Numbered from the stretch's first letter, positions 1 through 9,514 are shown. The stretch is 64,000 nucleotides of DNA from an uncultured virus (IMG/VR IMGVR_UViG_3300046367_000054) (IMGVR_UViG_3300046367_000054), one strand, 5' to 3'. Notes: generated by a model from the sequence alone, not told the origin. Made by a program: numbers and translations.

Positions 1-166
1 CTCCAGCAGCTATTCCTAAATCAGTAGCTAACTCAGCTCCTGTTCTATATTTTATAGTCCCGCCATCAGATACCAAAAACTTATCAGTATCTGTTGTGGC
101 GTTAGCTATTTGTGAAGCACTTAAAGAGCCGTCGATTTCAACGGATGTTTTTATTTTTTGGCTCAT
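1..166 (-). CDS. Partial ORF, N-terminus of a probable tail fibre (MSQKIKTSVEIDGSLSASQIANATTDTDKFLVSDGG...), running off the left edge
   Basis: Translated by hand: ATG at 166, open to position 1; follows virion genes; may be the 5' part of the fibre ending at 61475. Confidence 0.6.
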   Translation of the reverse strand, partial: MSQKIKTSVEIDGSLSASQIANATTDTDKFLVSDGGTIKYRTGAELATDLGIAAG

Positions 167-185
167 ATTGAGATTTTATTATTTA

Positions 186-1238
186 TTATCCAACCTTGCT
201 AATCAATACTCTTATTGAAGCTGTAGCTGGAGTAGTTGTGAATGAAATTGTAACTACACTATTACTAGTTCTAACAATATCAGAATAAACTGTTTCTGAA
301 GTTGTAACGTCGTACAATTCAACTCTTACGTCTTTAGTTCCCAAGTTATGAGTAACTGGTATAGAAGTAGCACCTCCTATAAATGTAGCGTAGTGAGAAT
401 CCGATCCAACTGGTATAACACTATAGTTAGTACCGTCATTTGTAAATTCCCATCTATCACTTGTTTCATTCCATCTAATATATACATTAGCTAAATCACC
501 TCTCTCTACTTCAACTCCTGCATTTTCAGTCGGTGTTCCAGTAGCATTACTATTTAAAGTTATGATGTTATCAGCTAATAAAATTGTCTCTGTATTAACA
601 GTTGTAACAGATCCATTAACAGTTAAGTTACCACCAACAACCAAGTCGTTAGTAATGTTTACATCATCAGGTAATCCTATGTTTATTTGATCTCCACTCT
701 CAGTAACTTGTATTTCACCAGTAGTACCAGAGATAGTAACTGTATCACTTCCTCCTTCATTATCTGCTAATACAATGGTAGCAGAGTTTACTCCTCCAGC
801 ACCTACAGATACACTGTATATTTTACCCTCCATAGTCTCAGTTGCTGATGTAATACCAACAATATGACCAAATGAGTCTAATGTTATATCTTGAATATAT
901 GTTCTTCCAGAGTTGTTTACAGATGGTGATGGATTTGTAGCTGGATGAGCTGTCAAATATCGACCTTCCAAACTAACATTTAAATCTGCTAGACCTCCAG
1001 ATCTACCTAAAGTTAATGTACCAGTACCAGTTGAGAAGGTTACCTCATCAACATAATTATCTGTATCTTGAATGGCAATCCATTGAGTACCATTAAAGAA
1101 GTATAATTTTTTATCTCCAGCAGAAGAGTCAAAATATATCTGACCTTCGCTAGGTCCAGAAGGAGGTGTTCCAAGTGGATGTATTACAGCATTCTGTAAC
1201 TGATTACCCGTTAAATCTAAATTACTTAAGTGTTTCAT
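186..1238 (-). CDS. Virion structural or tail-associated protein
   Basis: 350 aa, G/T/S/N-rich, beta-rich; GQIYFDS and VTHNLGT motifs typical of phage tail proteins. Confidence 0.65.
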   Translation of the reverse strand: MKHLSNLDLTGNQLQNAVIHPLGTPPSGPSEGQIYFDSSAGDKKLYFFNGTQWIAIQDTDNYVDEVTFSTGTGTLTLGRSGGLADLNVSLEGRYLTAHPATNPSPSVNNSGRTYIQDITLDSFGHIVGITSATETMEGKIYSVSVGAGGVNSATIVLADNEGGSDTVTISGTTGEIQVTESGDQINIGLPDDVNITNDLVVGGNLTVNGSVTTVNTETILLADNIITLNSNATGTPTENAGVEVERGDLANVYIRWNETSDRWEFTNDGTNYSVIPVGSDSHYATFIGGATSIPVTHNLGTKDVRVELYDVTTSETVYSDIVRTSNSVVTISFTTTPATASIRVLISKVG

Positions 1239-1251
1239 GTTTTCTTTATTA

Positions 1252-1950
1252 TTAGTTTAGATATGCTTTTCCAGAGAAAGAAGCACTAAATCTTAATGTT
1301 AATGTATTTAATGATGTGTATTCTATATCTCCAACTACGATATTATTACCCGAATCAATTATCGATACAGAAGGGTATTTATTAAGACCGTGTGTTATAC
1401 TCCAAGAGCTAGATGCTGAATTTTGAGTATATACAAAATGCTTATCTTTAGAAGAACTATCTGCTAACGAAGTTATTCCGTACACGTGTGTATCTTGTAA
1501 ACTTCCATTACCTTCTACAAATTCTAATGTTAAATTGTAGAACTTTGGATCTAATGTGTCTTGCTGTATATTTTTTAAATTATATATAGCAAATTTGTTT
1601 GGGTCTGACGTGTCGCCAATCATTATGGTGTCATTCAAGAAAGATTCAAGAACGTCTACTATATACTTTAACCCACTATTCTTTTCACTAACCTTGATGT
1701 TAGTTAACGAAGAGAAAGTGGGTGCTTGAGCTGATGTAGTTAAAGATCCAACTGGTCTTTCTCCAATAAATGTTTGATGATATTTAAAGTTTATCTGATT
1801 GACAACTCCTAATATACCAGACTCATTATAGAAATCAGCTAACTTCTGTGGTGTAAAGTTTTTAGTTATCCCTCCACTAAAATCAGTACCAATCCATTTG
1901 TCGTTAGCCGTAACAAGAGAATCTATTTCATAAGTGCTTATTCTAGCCAT
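1252..1950 (-). CDS. Virion structural protein
   Basis: 232 aa; C-terminal WSITHGLNKYPSV domain resembles the THNL domain of the adjacent gene. Confidence 0.55.
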   Translation of the reverse strand: MARISTYEIDSLVTANDKWIGTDFSGGITKNFTPQKLADFYNESGILGVVNQINFKYHQTFIGERPVGSLTTSAQAPTFSSLTNIKVSEKNSGLKYIVDVLESFLNDTIMIGDTSDPNKFAIYNLKNIQQDTLDPKFYNLTLEFVEGNGSLQDTHVYGITSLADSSSKDKHFVYTQNSASSSWSITHGLNKYPSVSIIDSGNNIVVGDIEYTSLNTLTLRFSASFSGKAYLN

Positions 1951-2295
1951 TTATTTTCTTTTAATGGATTTTACCCTACTACCCATACCAACTATGCTTT
2001 TCTCAGCTTTCTTTTTCGCTAATGCTGAAGAAGACATCTCTGATTTTGTAACAGGAGTTTTAGAAGAAACTCTTTTAGTAGGTCTGCAATACTCGTTCTT
2101 ACCACCAGCACCACAAGCTTTCCCACTCTTAGTATCTACCCAATTTTCATTCTCCCATCTCTTAAGACTAGTTCCTTTCTCTGTTTTCTTAACAGTTCCA
2201 CTAGCCTTTCTACATTTAGCAATTGCCTGAGAAGCTCTTGCCGATGGGAAAACATCATACTTAGCCTTTACTTTTTTGTAGCAACTGTCTTTCAT
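1951..2295 (-). CDS. Small basic conserved phage protein (DUF5872-like)
   Basis: K/R-rich; LKRWxxENWVD and CRPTKRVSSKTP motifs. Confidence 0.55.
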   Translation of the reverse strand: MKDSCYKKVKAKYDVFPSARASQAIAKCRKASGTVKKTEKGTSLKRWENENWVDTKSGKACGAGGKNEYCRPTKRVSSKTPVTKSEMSSSALAKKKAEKSIVGMGSRVKSIKRK

Positions 2296-2299
2296 ATAT

Positions 2300-2551
2300 T
2301 TACTTTTTTAAAGCTCCACCACGAGCTCTATTTGTCTTTGCTTTCTCTAGTTTAGTAACCTTTCCGTTAACATGACTAGCATCCATTCCATCTCCATTGC
2401 CATAAGTTCCTTTCATTCTATTGAACTTATTAGCCTCCATTCTTTTCTTAATAGCTTCAGGTTTAGCTGCTGCTTCTTTAGAAGTTTTCTGATGCTTTTT
2501 TCTAGCTTCTGGATTTTCTCTATAATACTTAGCAGTTCTACCTAGTCCCAT
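2300..2551 (-). CDS. Small basic protein, possibly a degenerate HNH-like domain
   Basis: GDGMDASH...NRARGG motif. Confidence 0.45.
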   Translation of the reverse strand: MGLGRTAKYYRENPEARKKHQKTSKEAAAKPEAIKKRMEANKFNRMKGTYGNGDGMDASHVNGKVTKLEKAKTNRARGGALKK

Positions 2552-2850
2552 TATTTACCTACTTTTTTAGCTATAACTTTAGCGTCTTCATTTTTAAAAG
2601 AATGATTCTGACCTTCCCATCTACCCATCTTTTGGAATTCAGTTTCTTGGTACATCTTTTTAGTCTGACCTTTTAATTTGTTTCTAACACCTAAATTAAA
2701 TCCAGCTCTATACTCTAGGCTGTCTTGTCTTTTAGCAGGTGTATCAGTGTATTCTCCTTCAGAGTTATTTCTAGCTGCATTAGCTTGACCAAACATTGTA
2801 AACTTTGGAGTAACTATTACTTTTGTACTTTTCTTTTTAGGCTGTAACAT
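2551..2850 (-). CDS. Hypothetical basic protein
   Basis: ORF tightly packed in the minus-strand operon. Confidence 0.55.
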   Translation of the reverse strand: MLQPKKKSTKVIVTPKFTMFGQANAARNNSEGEYTDTPAKRQDSLEYRAGFNLGVRNKLKGQTKKMYQETEFQKMGRWEGQNHSFKNEDAKVIAKKVGK

Positions 2851-2853
2851 GTA

Positions 2854-3018
2854 TTATTTCTTTTTAGATTTAGAAGCTATCATTTTTAAAAAAGCAGCTT
2901 GCTCTTTACTTTGTACTTTTTTACCCTCTGATTTCTCATGTTTCATCATAGCTTTTTTAGATGGGTATTTTTCTCCTGTTGCTTTTTCAACAACTTTTTT
3001 AGGCATTGCTTTTTTCAT
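2854..3018 (-). CDS. Small basic protein, 54 aa (MKKAMPKKVVEKATGEKYPSKKAMMKHEKSEG...)
   Basis: Translated by hand; fills the operon gap. Confidence 0.6.
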   Translation of the reverse strand: MKKAMPKKVVEKATGEKYPSKKAMMKHEKSEGKKVQSKEQAAFLKMIASKSKKK

Positions 3019-3037
3019 AATTGTTATTTATTTTTTA

Positions 3038-3622
3038 TTAATGACATCCTCCTGGGCAACCATAACCACCACCACTTCTTTGTTTTTCAGAAGTATCTCC
3101 GTTACCTACACCAATCCATCTAGAACTTTTACGCTCTGCCTTTTCTTGCGCTCTATTTTTTATTCTATAGTATTTATCCATTGCCTTTTCAGGAGTTTTG
3201 TTTGGATATTGTTTTACTACTTTTTCTTTAAGTTCATGATAAGCATCTTTTTTAGCTATTTCATTAGAAAACTTAACCATCTCTCTCCTTGTTTGTTCAG
3301 CAGTCTTTTCTTTTCTAGGAGCCATTTTAGCAATATCCTTGTTTCCTTTTAATTCTATACCCTTAGCTGGAGCTGGTTTAGGAACAACAACTTCTGAGAA
3401 TTTTCTTTCTCCAGATGTTTTTTCAACGCTTTCTTTAGCAACAGGTTTAGCAGTAGGTTTTACAACTGCTTTTTTCTCAGTTACAAAAGTATCTCTACTA
3501 ACAGGTTTTCTAACGATTGGTTGTTTTTTTTTAATTTCAGAACTCCAAGATTGGTTGAATACTCTAGCTCCAGTATCAGGATCTACAGTTACTTTTGTCT
3601 TTACAGGTGGATCAATTGCCAT
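3038..3622 (-). CDS. Hypothetical basic protein (start MAIDPP)
   Basis: ATG at 3622 lies just after the upstream stop; K/P-rich. Confidence 0.6.
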   Translation of the reverse strand: MAIDPPVKTKVTVDPDTGARVFNQSWSSEIKKKQPIVRKPVSRDTFVTEKKAVVKPTAKPVAKESVEKTSGERKFSEVVVPKPAPAKGIELKGNKDIAKMAPRKEKTAEQTRREMVKFSNEIAKKDAYHELKEKVVKQYPNKTPEKAMDKYYRIKNRAQEKAERKSSRWIGVGNGDTSEKQRSGGGYGCPGGCH

Positions 3623-3623
3623 A

Positions 3624-3755
3624 TTATTTATTTTTAGTTTTGCCAGCCTTTGACAACGCAATAGCTACAGCTTGTTTTTGTGGTTTACCATGTTTCATCT
3701 CCATTTTTATATTAGAAGATATAACTTTACTACTACATCCTTTCTTTAGTGGCAT
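3624..3755 (-). CDS. Small basic protein, 43 aa ([38 protein letters not shown]...)
   Basis: Translated by hand; matches the widespread phage MPLKKG...QAVAIALS family; fills the gap. Confidence 0.7.
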   Translation of the reverse strand: MPLKKGCSSKVISSNIKMEMKHGKPQKQAVAIALSKAGKTKNK

Positions 3756-3756
3756 A

Positions 3757-3927
3757 TTATTTTTCTTTATAAAATATTTTGTTTACTAATAGATTTGGAT
3801 TGTTTAATGCTTCTTGTCTAGCTTGACATCCGCAATCTGGAACTGTTTTCTCAACTAAAGCTTTTATTCCAGTAGCTTTCGTTAGTTTCTCTATTGAGTC
3901 TCCTAATCCTTTTGATTTTCTTACCAT
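3757..3927 (-). CDS. Small conserved phage protein (GLGDSIEK...CGC..RQEALN)
   Basis: Recognisable motif; start MVRKSK. Confidence 0.6.
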   Translation of the reverse strand: MVRKSKGLGDSIEKLTKATGIKALVEKTVPDCGCQARQEALNNPNLLVNKIFYKEK

Positions 3928-3931
3928 AACA

Positions 3932-4198
3932 TTACCATTTAACTTTGTCAGCCCAATAAGCTGCACTTGATTTTCCTTTTGCTATATTCTTTCCGTGTCT
4001 TGCTTTAAATGAAGCTCTCTTTGCTTTTATACGATTACTTTCTCCAGACTTAGGCTTACCAGCAGTGCTAGCCCCTTGCTCTCCGAAACGTATAATCTTC
4101 TCATTACCATCATAACAAGCCTTTACAATATGAGACTTTGTAGGATGACCTGGAGTCCTTTTTGGACTATTGCAAGACATTTCTTTTTTATTAACCAT
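3932..4198 (-). CDS. Small basic conserved phage protein
   Basis: IRFGEQG...ASFKARH...AAYWADKVKW motif, common in aquatic phages. Confidence 0.65.
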   Translation of the reverse strand: MVNKKEMSCNSPKRTPGHPTKSHIVKACYDGNEKIIRFGEQGASTAGKPKSGESNRIKAKRASFKARHGKNIAKGKSSAAYWADKVKW

Positions 4199-4217
4199 AA
4201 CAACTTAATTATAAATC

Positions 4218-4252
4218 TTTGCAAAGTTACATATTTTTTTATTTTACATTTG
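4218..4252. promoter_or_regulatory. Divergent Bacteroidota-type promoters
   Basis: Minus-strand TAACTTTG at 4222-4229; plus-strand TACATTTG at 4245-4252 with TTTG at 4218-4221; matches the TTTG/TAnnTTTG consensus. Confidence 0.65.
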
Positions 4253-4272
4253 CAGTAATTTAATACAATATA

Positions 4273-4797
4273 ATGGGGAAAATCATTTACAGAAAAATGA
4301 ATAGGATAATAAAGGAGAAGGAAGTTGCTGTGTCAAAACGCAAACTTGGCAAACCTAAAAACTATCATTTTAACGAGAAGGCGTCGTCATACTTAAAGTA
4401 CTTTAGAGTAGCTAGAAAGTACATACAAAAGAAATACGAGTTAAGCTTATCTGAATTGGAATTACTACTATTCCTATACGATGAGAACATATTTACAAAA
4501 GAAACTTTTAATAGTTACGCATGTACTCTTGGATTCTCAACAATGAACTGGATAGACAAATTTGAAGAGAGAGAAATAGTAAAAGTATGGAGGGAAGGCA
4601 CTAGAGAAAAGAAGCTATATGTTCTTACTCATAAATACAAGATGGCATGTAATAAAATGTACAGACATCTAGAAGGAGAGGCTATACCTCAGAACGCTCA
4701 GATAAATCCTTTGTTTAAAAGTAACGTATCTTTTAGCGATAAGATGTACGCTAAATTGATTAGGCAAATGAATGAAAAAAGAAAAGGGGTAGAATAA
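4273..4797 (+). CDS. Putative MarR-like winged-helix regulator
   Basis: YELSLSELELLLFLYD helix and a wing-like KKLYVLT segment; lone plus-strand gene with its own promoter. Confidence 0.5.
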   Translation: MGKIIYRKMNRIIKEKEVAVSKRKLGKPKNYHFNEKASSYLKYFRVARKYIQKKYELSLSELELLLFLYDENIFTKETFNSYACTLGFSTMNWIDKFEEREIVKVWREGTREKKLYVLTHKYKMACNKMYRHLEGEAIPQNAQINPLFKSNVSFSDKMYAKLIRQMNEKRKGVE

Positions 4798-4805
4798 CTA
4801 CCCCT
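4785..4805. terminator. Hairpin between convergent genes
   Basis: GGGGTAG-aataa-CTACCCC. Confidence 0.55.
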
Positions 4806-4813
4806 ATAACTTA

Positions 4814-5044
4814 CTAAACTAAAAACTCATCAATCTTATCTAAGATTTTTGAAGTCGATTTAAACTCTTTGTCAAGAAGTTTCTTTTCTTTTTCTAGAGC
4901 TTCAATTTTATCTTCAACTTCAAATGCGTAATTTGCTATATCAGCAAGTACCCAATTTAATTGCTTTTGAGCAACGTAAAATACATCAAGAGCTTTGCTC
5001 TTTTTTTCTGCTAAATATTTAGCATCTTTTTTAAATCCAAACAT
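4814..5044 (-). CDS. Hypothetical coiled-coil protein
   Basis: 76-aa ORF downstream of groES. Confidence 0.55.
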   Translation of the reverse strand: MFGFKKDAKYLAEKKSKALDVFYVAQKQLNWVLADIANYAFEVEDKIEALEKEKKLLDKEFKSTSKILDKIDEFLV

Positions 5045-5055
5045 ATTAAATTAAA

Positions 5056-5313
5056 TTAAATTACGACTCTTACGTCACTTAGGTTTATAATCAAATATTT
5101 ACTTCCTTCTAGTCTAAGCTCACTTGCATTTATCTTGTCAAAGTAAAGTTTATCACCTTCTTTAAGGCTAGTAACATCTTCTCCGACCATCTTTACAACT
5201 CCAAGCTTGTATCTTATATCTCTATCATTAGCTTCTGTTATAATAAGTCCAAGCTTGTTTTTAACCTCTTCTTTTATTTCAGAGATAACTATTGTTTTTC
5301 CAAATGCTCTCAT
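5056..5313 (-). CDS. groES: Co-chaperonin GroES
   Basis: 85 aa; GLII mobile loop, GVVKMVGEDV..LKEGD; coupled to groEL. Confidence 0.85.
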   Translation of the reverse strand: MRAFGKTIVISEIKEEVKNKLGLIITEANDRDIRYKLGVVKMVGEDVTSLKEGDKLYFDKINASELRLEGSKYLIINLSDVRVVI

Positions 5314-6887
5314 TATGCTCTTTTGTTTGTAACCGTTGCTTCGGTTGTTAATAATGTAGCTGATACAGATACAGCGTTCTCAATTGCGTTTCTTACAACC
5401 TTAGTTGAATCAATTACACCCATCTTGTACATATCTCCAAACTCTTCAGTCAATACGTTATATCCAAATGAGTAATCTGTTTTCAATAGTTTTGAAGCTA
5501 CCTTAGCAGAATCAACTCCAGAGTTATCTAGTATTTGTGCAAAAGGATAGTCAAGAGACTTTAAAACAGAGTACCACCCATCATAAAAACTTTGGTTTGA
5601 GTTTTTAGGGAATTGACTTATTAATAAATTTCTTAGAGCTATTCCTCCTCCAGGCAAAATACCTTCTTCTAAGGCACTTTTAACAGCGTGTATAGCATCA
5701 TCTACCCTATCCTTCTTTTCTTTCATCTCAAGCTCGCTATTGGCTCCTACGTGTACAACAGCCACACCACCACTCAATCTACTAAGTCTATCTTTATAAT
5801 GCCACAGATTCATTCTGTTCTCTGCATTTGCTATTGACTCATTAATACTTTTCAACCTTGCGTCAATATCAACTTTGTGTTTTGGTCGGTCAACGATAAG
5901 AACTGTATCCAAACTAGTAGAGATTGATTTGATTGCTTCTCCCAAATAACTTGCGTCAACTGCTGATAAATCGTTACCAGTCTCATCAGAAGCTAATACT
6001 GAACCTGTCAAAGCGCACAAGTCTTCAAGTAGCTCAAATCTTTTTATACCAATCCCCTCTGGTGCGATTACATTAACTTTAATTACGCCCTTTGCTTTAT
6101 TAACATTCAAAGCATTCATTACAGCTGTATCAACATCTGCTATGATTAAGATACTTCTTTTGTTCTTAATAGCTACTTCCAAAACACTGGTGATATCCTC
6201 AAGACTTTTAATTTCTTGGTCTGATACAAAAACCAAGGGATTCTCTAGCACAGCCTCTTGTTTCTCCTGGTTTGTAACCATGTATGGAGATGTGTACCCT
6301 TTCTTGATTTTAGTTCCATCAATAACACTTACGTAAGTATCGTTATTCAAACTCTCCTCCATAGTAACAACACCATCCTTACCAACTTTGATGTAAGCTT
6401 CTGCAATAATATTACCTAACTCTGCATCGTTATTAGCTGATATTCTAGATACACTCTTAAGAGTTTTGTTACTAACCTTCTTACTCTTCTCTTTTAATGA
6501 TTTAACAACTGTAGCACAAGCTTCCTCCATTCCTTTCTTGAATTGAGTAATATTTGTGTTTTCGTTGATAACTTCAAATGATTCCTTGATCAAAGCCTGA
6601 GTCAACACACAAGTTGTAGTAGTACCATCTCCACTATTACGTGCGCTTCTGTCTGATGCCTGTTTAATAATACTAGCACCTAGATTCTCAACTGGATCTG
6701 ATAAGTTAATAGAGTTAGCTACTGTAACACCATCTTTAGTAACGTGAGGTAATCCTCTCTCGTCTTCGATGATTACATTTCTACCAGCAGCACCAAGTGT
6801 AACCTTTACTGCATTAGCAACCGTGTTAACACCACTAATAAGTTTTTGTTTTGCCTCTTCTTTGTAGAGGATTTCTTTTTCAATCAT
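5313..6887 (-). CDS. groEL: Chaperonin GroEL
   Basis: VKVTLGAAGRNV, VTKDGVTVA, GDGTTT, EKKDRVDDA, EEGILPGGG; no GGM tail. Confidence 0.95.
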   Translation of the reverse strand: MIEKEILYKEEAKQKLISGVNTVANAVKVTLGAAGRNVIIEDERGLPHVTKDGVTVANSINLSDPVENLGASIIKQASDRSARNSGDGTTTTCVLTQALIKESFEVINENTNITQFKKGMEEACATVVKSLKEKSKKVSNKTLKSVSRISANNDAELGNIIAEAYIKVGKDGVVTMEESLNNDTYVSVIDGTKIKKGYTSPYMVTNQEKQEAVLENPLVFVSDQEIKSLEDITSVLEVAIKNKRSILIIADVDTAVMNALNVNKAKGVIKVNVIAPEGIGIKRFELLEDLCALTGSVLASDETGNDLSAVDASYLGEAIKSISTSLDTVLIVDRPKHKVDIDARLKSINESIANAENRMNLWHYKDRLSRLSGGVAVVHVGANSELEMKEKKDRVDDAIHAVKSALEEGILPGGGIALRNLLISQFPKNSNQSFYDGWYSVLKSLDYPFAQILDNSGVDSAKVASKLLKTDYSFGYNVLTEEFGDMYKMGVIDSTKVVRNAIENAVSVSATLLTTEATVTNKRA

Positions 6888-6891
6888 CTTA

Positions 6892-7134
6892 CTAGTATTG
6901 GAAAGTTAATACTTTTACTACATTCATTTGAGCATCTAAGATGTCTCCAATAGCTTTATCAAACAATAATCTACATAATGGTCTATCTTTGTTTGGATCT
7001 GCATTATCATTTAGCAAATCAGCTAATTCAGCGCAAAGTTCTTTTGCTCTACTTACATTTTTGTCTCCTGATGGATTGAATGTTAGTCCAACTAACTTCT
7101 CTCCAAATGTCATTAATCTTTGGTCTTCTTGCAT
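6892..7134 (-). CDS. Putative Acb2/Tad1-like helical-hairpin anti-defence protein
   Basis: TFGEKLVGLTFNPSG...AQMNVVKVLT; two long helices; family call from memory. Confidence 0.45.
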   Translation of the reverse strand: MQEDQRLMTFGEKLVGLTFNPSGDKNVSRAKELCAELADLLNDNADPNKDRPLCRLLFDKAIGDILDAQMNVVKVLTFQY

Positions 7135-7161
7135 GTTTAATTTAATTTTAATTTGTTTTTA

Positions 7162-7293
7162 CTACCATGTAAACTTTAGTTCTATAAAAGCGAAGTAAAA
7201 GTTTAATTCGTTAAAATCGTAAATTTCATCTTTTTGGTACCAATCTAGTCCAAAAAGGAAGTAGTTTGGTGTTAAAGTTAAGTCAATTTCCAT
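7162..7293 (-). CDS. Small aromatic-rich protein, 43 aa (MEIDLTLTPNYFLFGLDWYQK...)
   Basis: Translated by hand; follows a promoter box at 7314-7321. Confidence 0.55.
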   Translation of the reverse strand: MEIDLTLTPNYFLFGLDWYQKDEIYDFNELNFYFAFIELKFTW

Positions 7294-7362
7294 AGTTTTT
7301 GTGTTTTGATAGGCAAATATAGTGTATTTTATTTAAAACCAACAAAAGAGATAATTTTATTT

Positions 7363-7442
7363 TACCCTATTAAAGAAAAGTTTAATACCCTATTAAAGAA
7401 AAGTTTAAAGAGAATATTAATATATATATATAAATATATATA
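7363..7442 (+). repeat. Perfect 2x23-bp tandem repeat TACCCTATTAAAGAAAAGTTTAA plus AT tract (iteron-like module, copy 1)
   Basis: Units at 7363-7385 and 7386-7408, followed by TATATATATAAATATATATA. Confidence 0.9.
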
Positions 7443-7487
7443 GACTTTTGTTATTTTTTATATATTTGTTGAATCAAATACATTGAA

Positions 7488-7730
7488 ATGAATATCGAGA
7501 CAGAAATGAATTATCTAATCTTTGGTTTTAAAGAAACAGGAGATGCAACATACTTGTTCAAGCTAAATAGAATTTTAACTGAATTTTTAAACGATGTTTT
7601 AGAGGACTATTTAGATGGTGATGGATACGAAGTATATCAGAAGAAAGAAAGTGTCTTAAAAGCTCTTATTTGGACCCAGGACAACACTTTAAAAACTGAC
7701 CTGACTTATCGTATAGGATGTCAAGATTAA
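7488..7730 (+). CDS. Hypothetical protein
   Basis: 80 aa; TATATTTG box at 7461-7468. Confidence 0.5.
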   Translation: MNIETEMNYLIFGFKETGDATYLFKLNRILTEFLNDVLEDYLDGDGYEVYQKKESVLKALIWTQDNTLKTDLTYRIGCQD

Positions 7731-7905
7731 ATTCCTTATCAAACTTACTGAATATAGCTTCGTGATTTGCAAATTGCAAATAAGTATGTATGTCTCTATA
7801 TTGTGGTCTAACACCTGTTTTATTTAATGCGTATTTTAAAAACCAAAGAGGATTTAACATTCTCTCGTTTCTCATCTCTATGTACTCGTTAATAATCTCT
7901 GTCAT
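7666..7905 (-). CDS. Hypothetical protein
   Basis: 79 aa; start overlaps the upstream gene. Confidence 0.5.
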   Translation of the reverse strand: MTEIINEYIEMRNERMLNPLWFLKYALNKTGVRPQYRDIHTYLQFANHEAIFSKFDKEFNLDILYDKSGQFLKCCPGSK

Positions 7906-8305
7906 ACATGTGTTTTTTATGTTTGATTTCTTTTGTCTTTCCGTAGTGTAAAAATGACGGGTTAACAGATACTCTGTTTGGACTAAGTACCTTGATCATG
8001 TTCTTTCGTTTTAGAGTATTGATTATTCTATTAACCTGACTTTTTGTCAATCCACTCTCTATTCTTATTTCATTTCTATCCTCAGAAGTAAGACTACAGT
8101 ATATCTCTCCTTGTACTTGTCTATTTAAAATCAATACCAGAACATATAACTCATTTGAAAAGCTTTGAATCCACTTGCCATCATCATGCGTTAGCATCAT
8201 CATAAAGAACTTCTCGTCAGCCACAGAATAAACACTCGTGTTAGTCTCTATAATCTCACCAGTATCTCTATTTACAGTGTCAATATATATCGTTTTTATA
8301 CTCAT
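7889..8305 (-). CDS. RepL-like winged-helix DNA-binding protein
   Basis: N-terminal DTGEI motif, HTH (SGLTKSQVNRIINTLKRKNMI), and VNPxxxxxG motif. Confidence 0.55.
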   Translation of the reverse strand: MSIKTIYIDTVNRDTGEIIETNTSVYSVADEKFFMMMLTHDDGKWIQSFSNELYVLVLILNRQVQGEIYCSLTSEDRNEIRIESGLTKSQVNRIINTLKRKNMIKVLSPNRVSVNPSFLHYGKTKEIKHKKHMYDRDY

Positions 8306-9193
8306 ATGGCGCATGGGATGCGTCGAAACACGCACTTTATACCCTTTTTCAATTTTATAATATTCTCAATACCAAAGTAATAAGTGTTTTTGTATCTTAT
8401 CTTCTCTTTGTACTCCACAAATATACTGTAAATTATCATTACGATACAAATAAAAAATGCACCACATATGATATATCGTATATCGCAATACCAGATATGA
8501 AAACATAATCTGCAACTGGGTAGTTTAATTTTAAATGTTAGATATCAATAGATTTTGGGTTATACCCCCATTCTACGTTCAACTTCAACAAAAGAAAACG
8601 ATTCTAAATTACCCCTCCCCGTTCGATATTTCAAATTCGGTTTTGAATTTTTTACCTTTTTGCCTAATAACTTTCAACAATACCAATTTTTAACACTATA
8701 ATCATTTCACGTTTTAATTGTGCCTATTACCTTTCACGTTGTTAGGTTAACTATTATTTATTTTGTCGCACTTGGATGCAATTGGTGTTATACCTATTTT
8801 CTTTCACATACTTTAAAAACTTTATTTCGTTTGGCGCTATTGTTTAATGTTTTGGTATTGAGTACATTATTGACTCTATTAAATTGGTATTTTGTTTATT
8901 GTTTTGGCTTGTGTTTTGGTACTTTTTCGCCTACAAAATCACCGTTTTATTAGTCTACCTATACACTAGGATACTATAAAAGCAAACATTTTGTGTTAAA
9001 TTTTGCTATTTTTTTCCCTATAATATGATAAAAATTAAGCCTATTTATTGAATAATTATTAACAAAATTGTTAATTCTATTAAATTTTAATAAAAATGCG
9101 TAAAATCGTCCCCGAAATTTTTTTATTCTATTCCTTATTATTAATATAGCCCCATCAAAATAACGGCGAAAGCCATAACCAAAAATTAGCAAA

Positions 9194-9514
9194 ATGAAAA
9201 CTTTAAAAAAATCTACACTTAAAAAGATTGAGAATATAAATTCTCTTATTGTTATTGTTAATGAATTGAATTCAATTCCTTACACGTATAACAGCGGAAC
9301 CTTTCCACATTACGTATCAATCAAACCAATTAAGGTGAATAACCAATTTGTAACGATTGAAAGCGCTATAAAAGATAATTCCTTTATTGATAAAAAAGAA
9401 AGATACAATATAAATAAAAATTCCGTTTTCGGTGACAACTATTGTGCAAAACATTTAGACTATACCTTGAATGTAATTAACAAAGCATTTCAAACCGCAT
9501 TAAAAAATAATTAA
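9194..9514 (+). CDS. Early hypothetical protein
   Basis: First gene after the non-coding divergence region; A-rich leader. Confidence 0.6.
   Translation: MKTLKKSTLKKIENINSLIVIVNELNSIPYTYNSGTFPHYVSIKPIKVNNQFVTIESAIKDNSFIDKKERYNINKNSVFGDNYCAKHLDYTLNVINKAFQTALKNN

Noticed and set aside
1934..3789. Plus-strand ORFs over the basic-protein operon, and similar antisense ORFs elsewhere (e.g. 35177-36031, 44001-44300, 60084-60425)
   Set aside because: Antisense shadows of well-supported genes
8720..9192. ORFs 8720-8953 (+) and 8974-9192 (-)
   Set aside because: Low-complexity translations of AT-skewed DNA with weak starts; treated as non-coding
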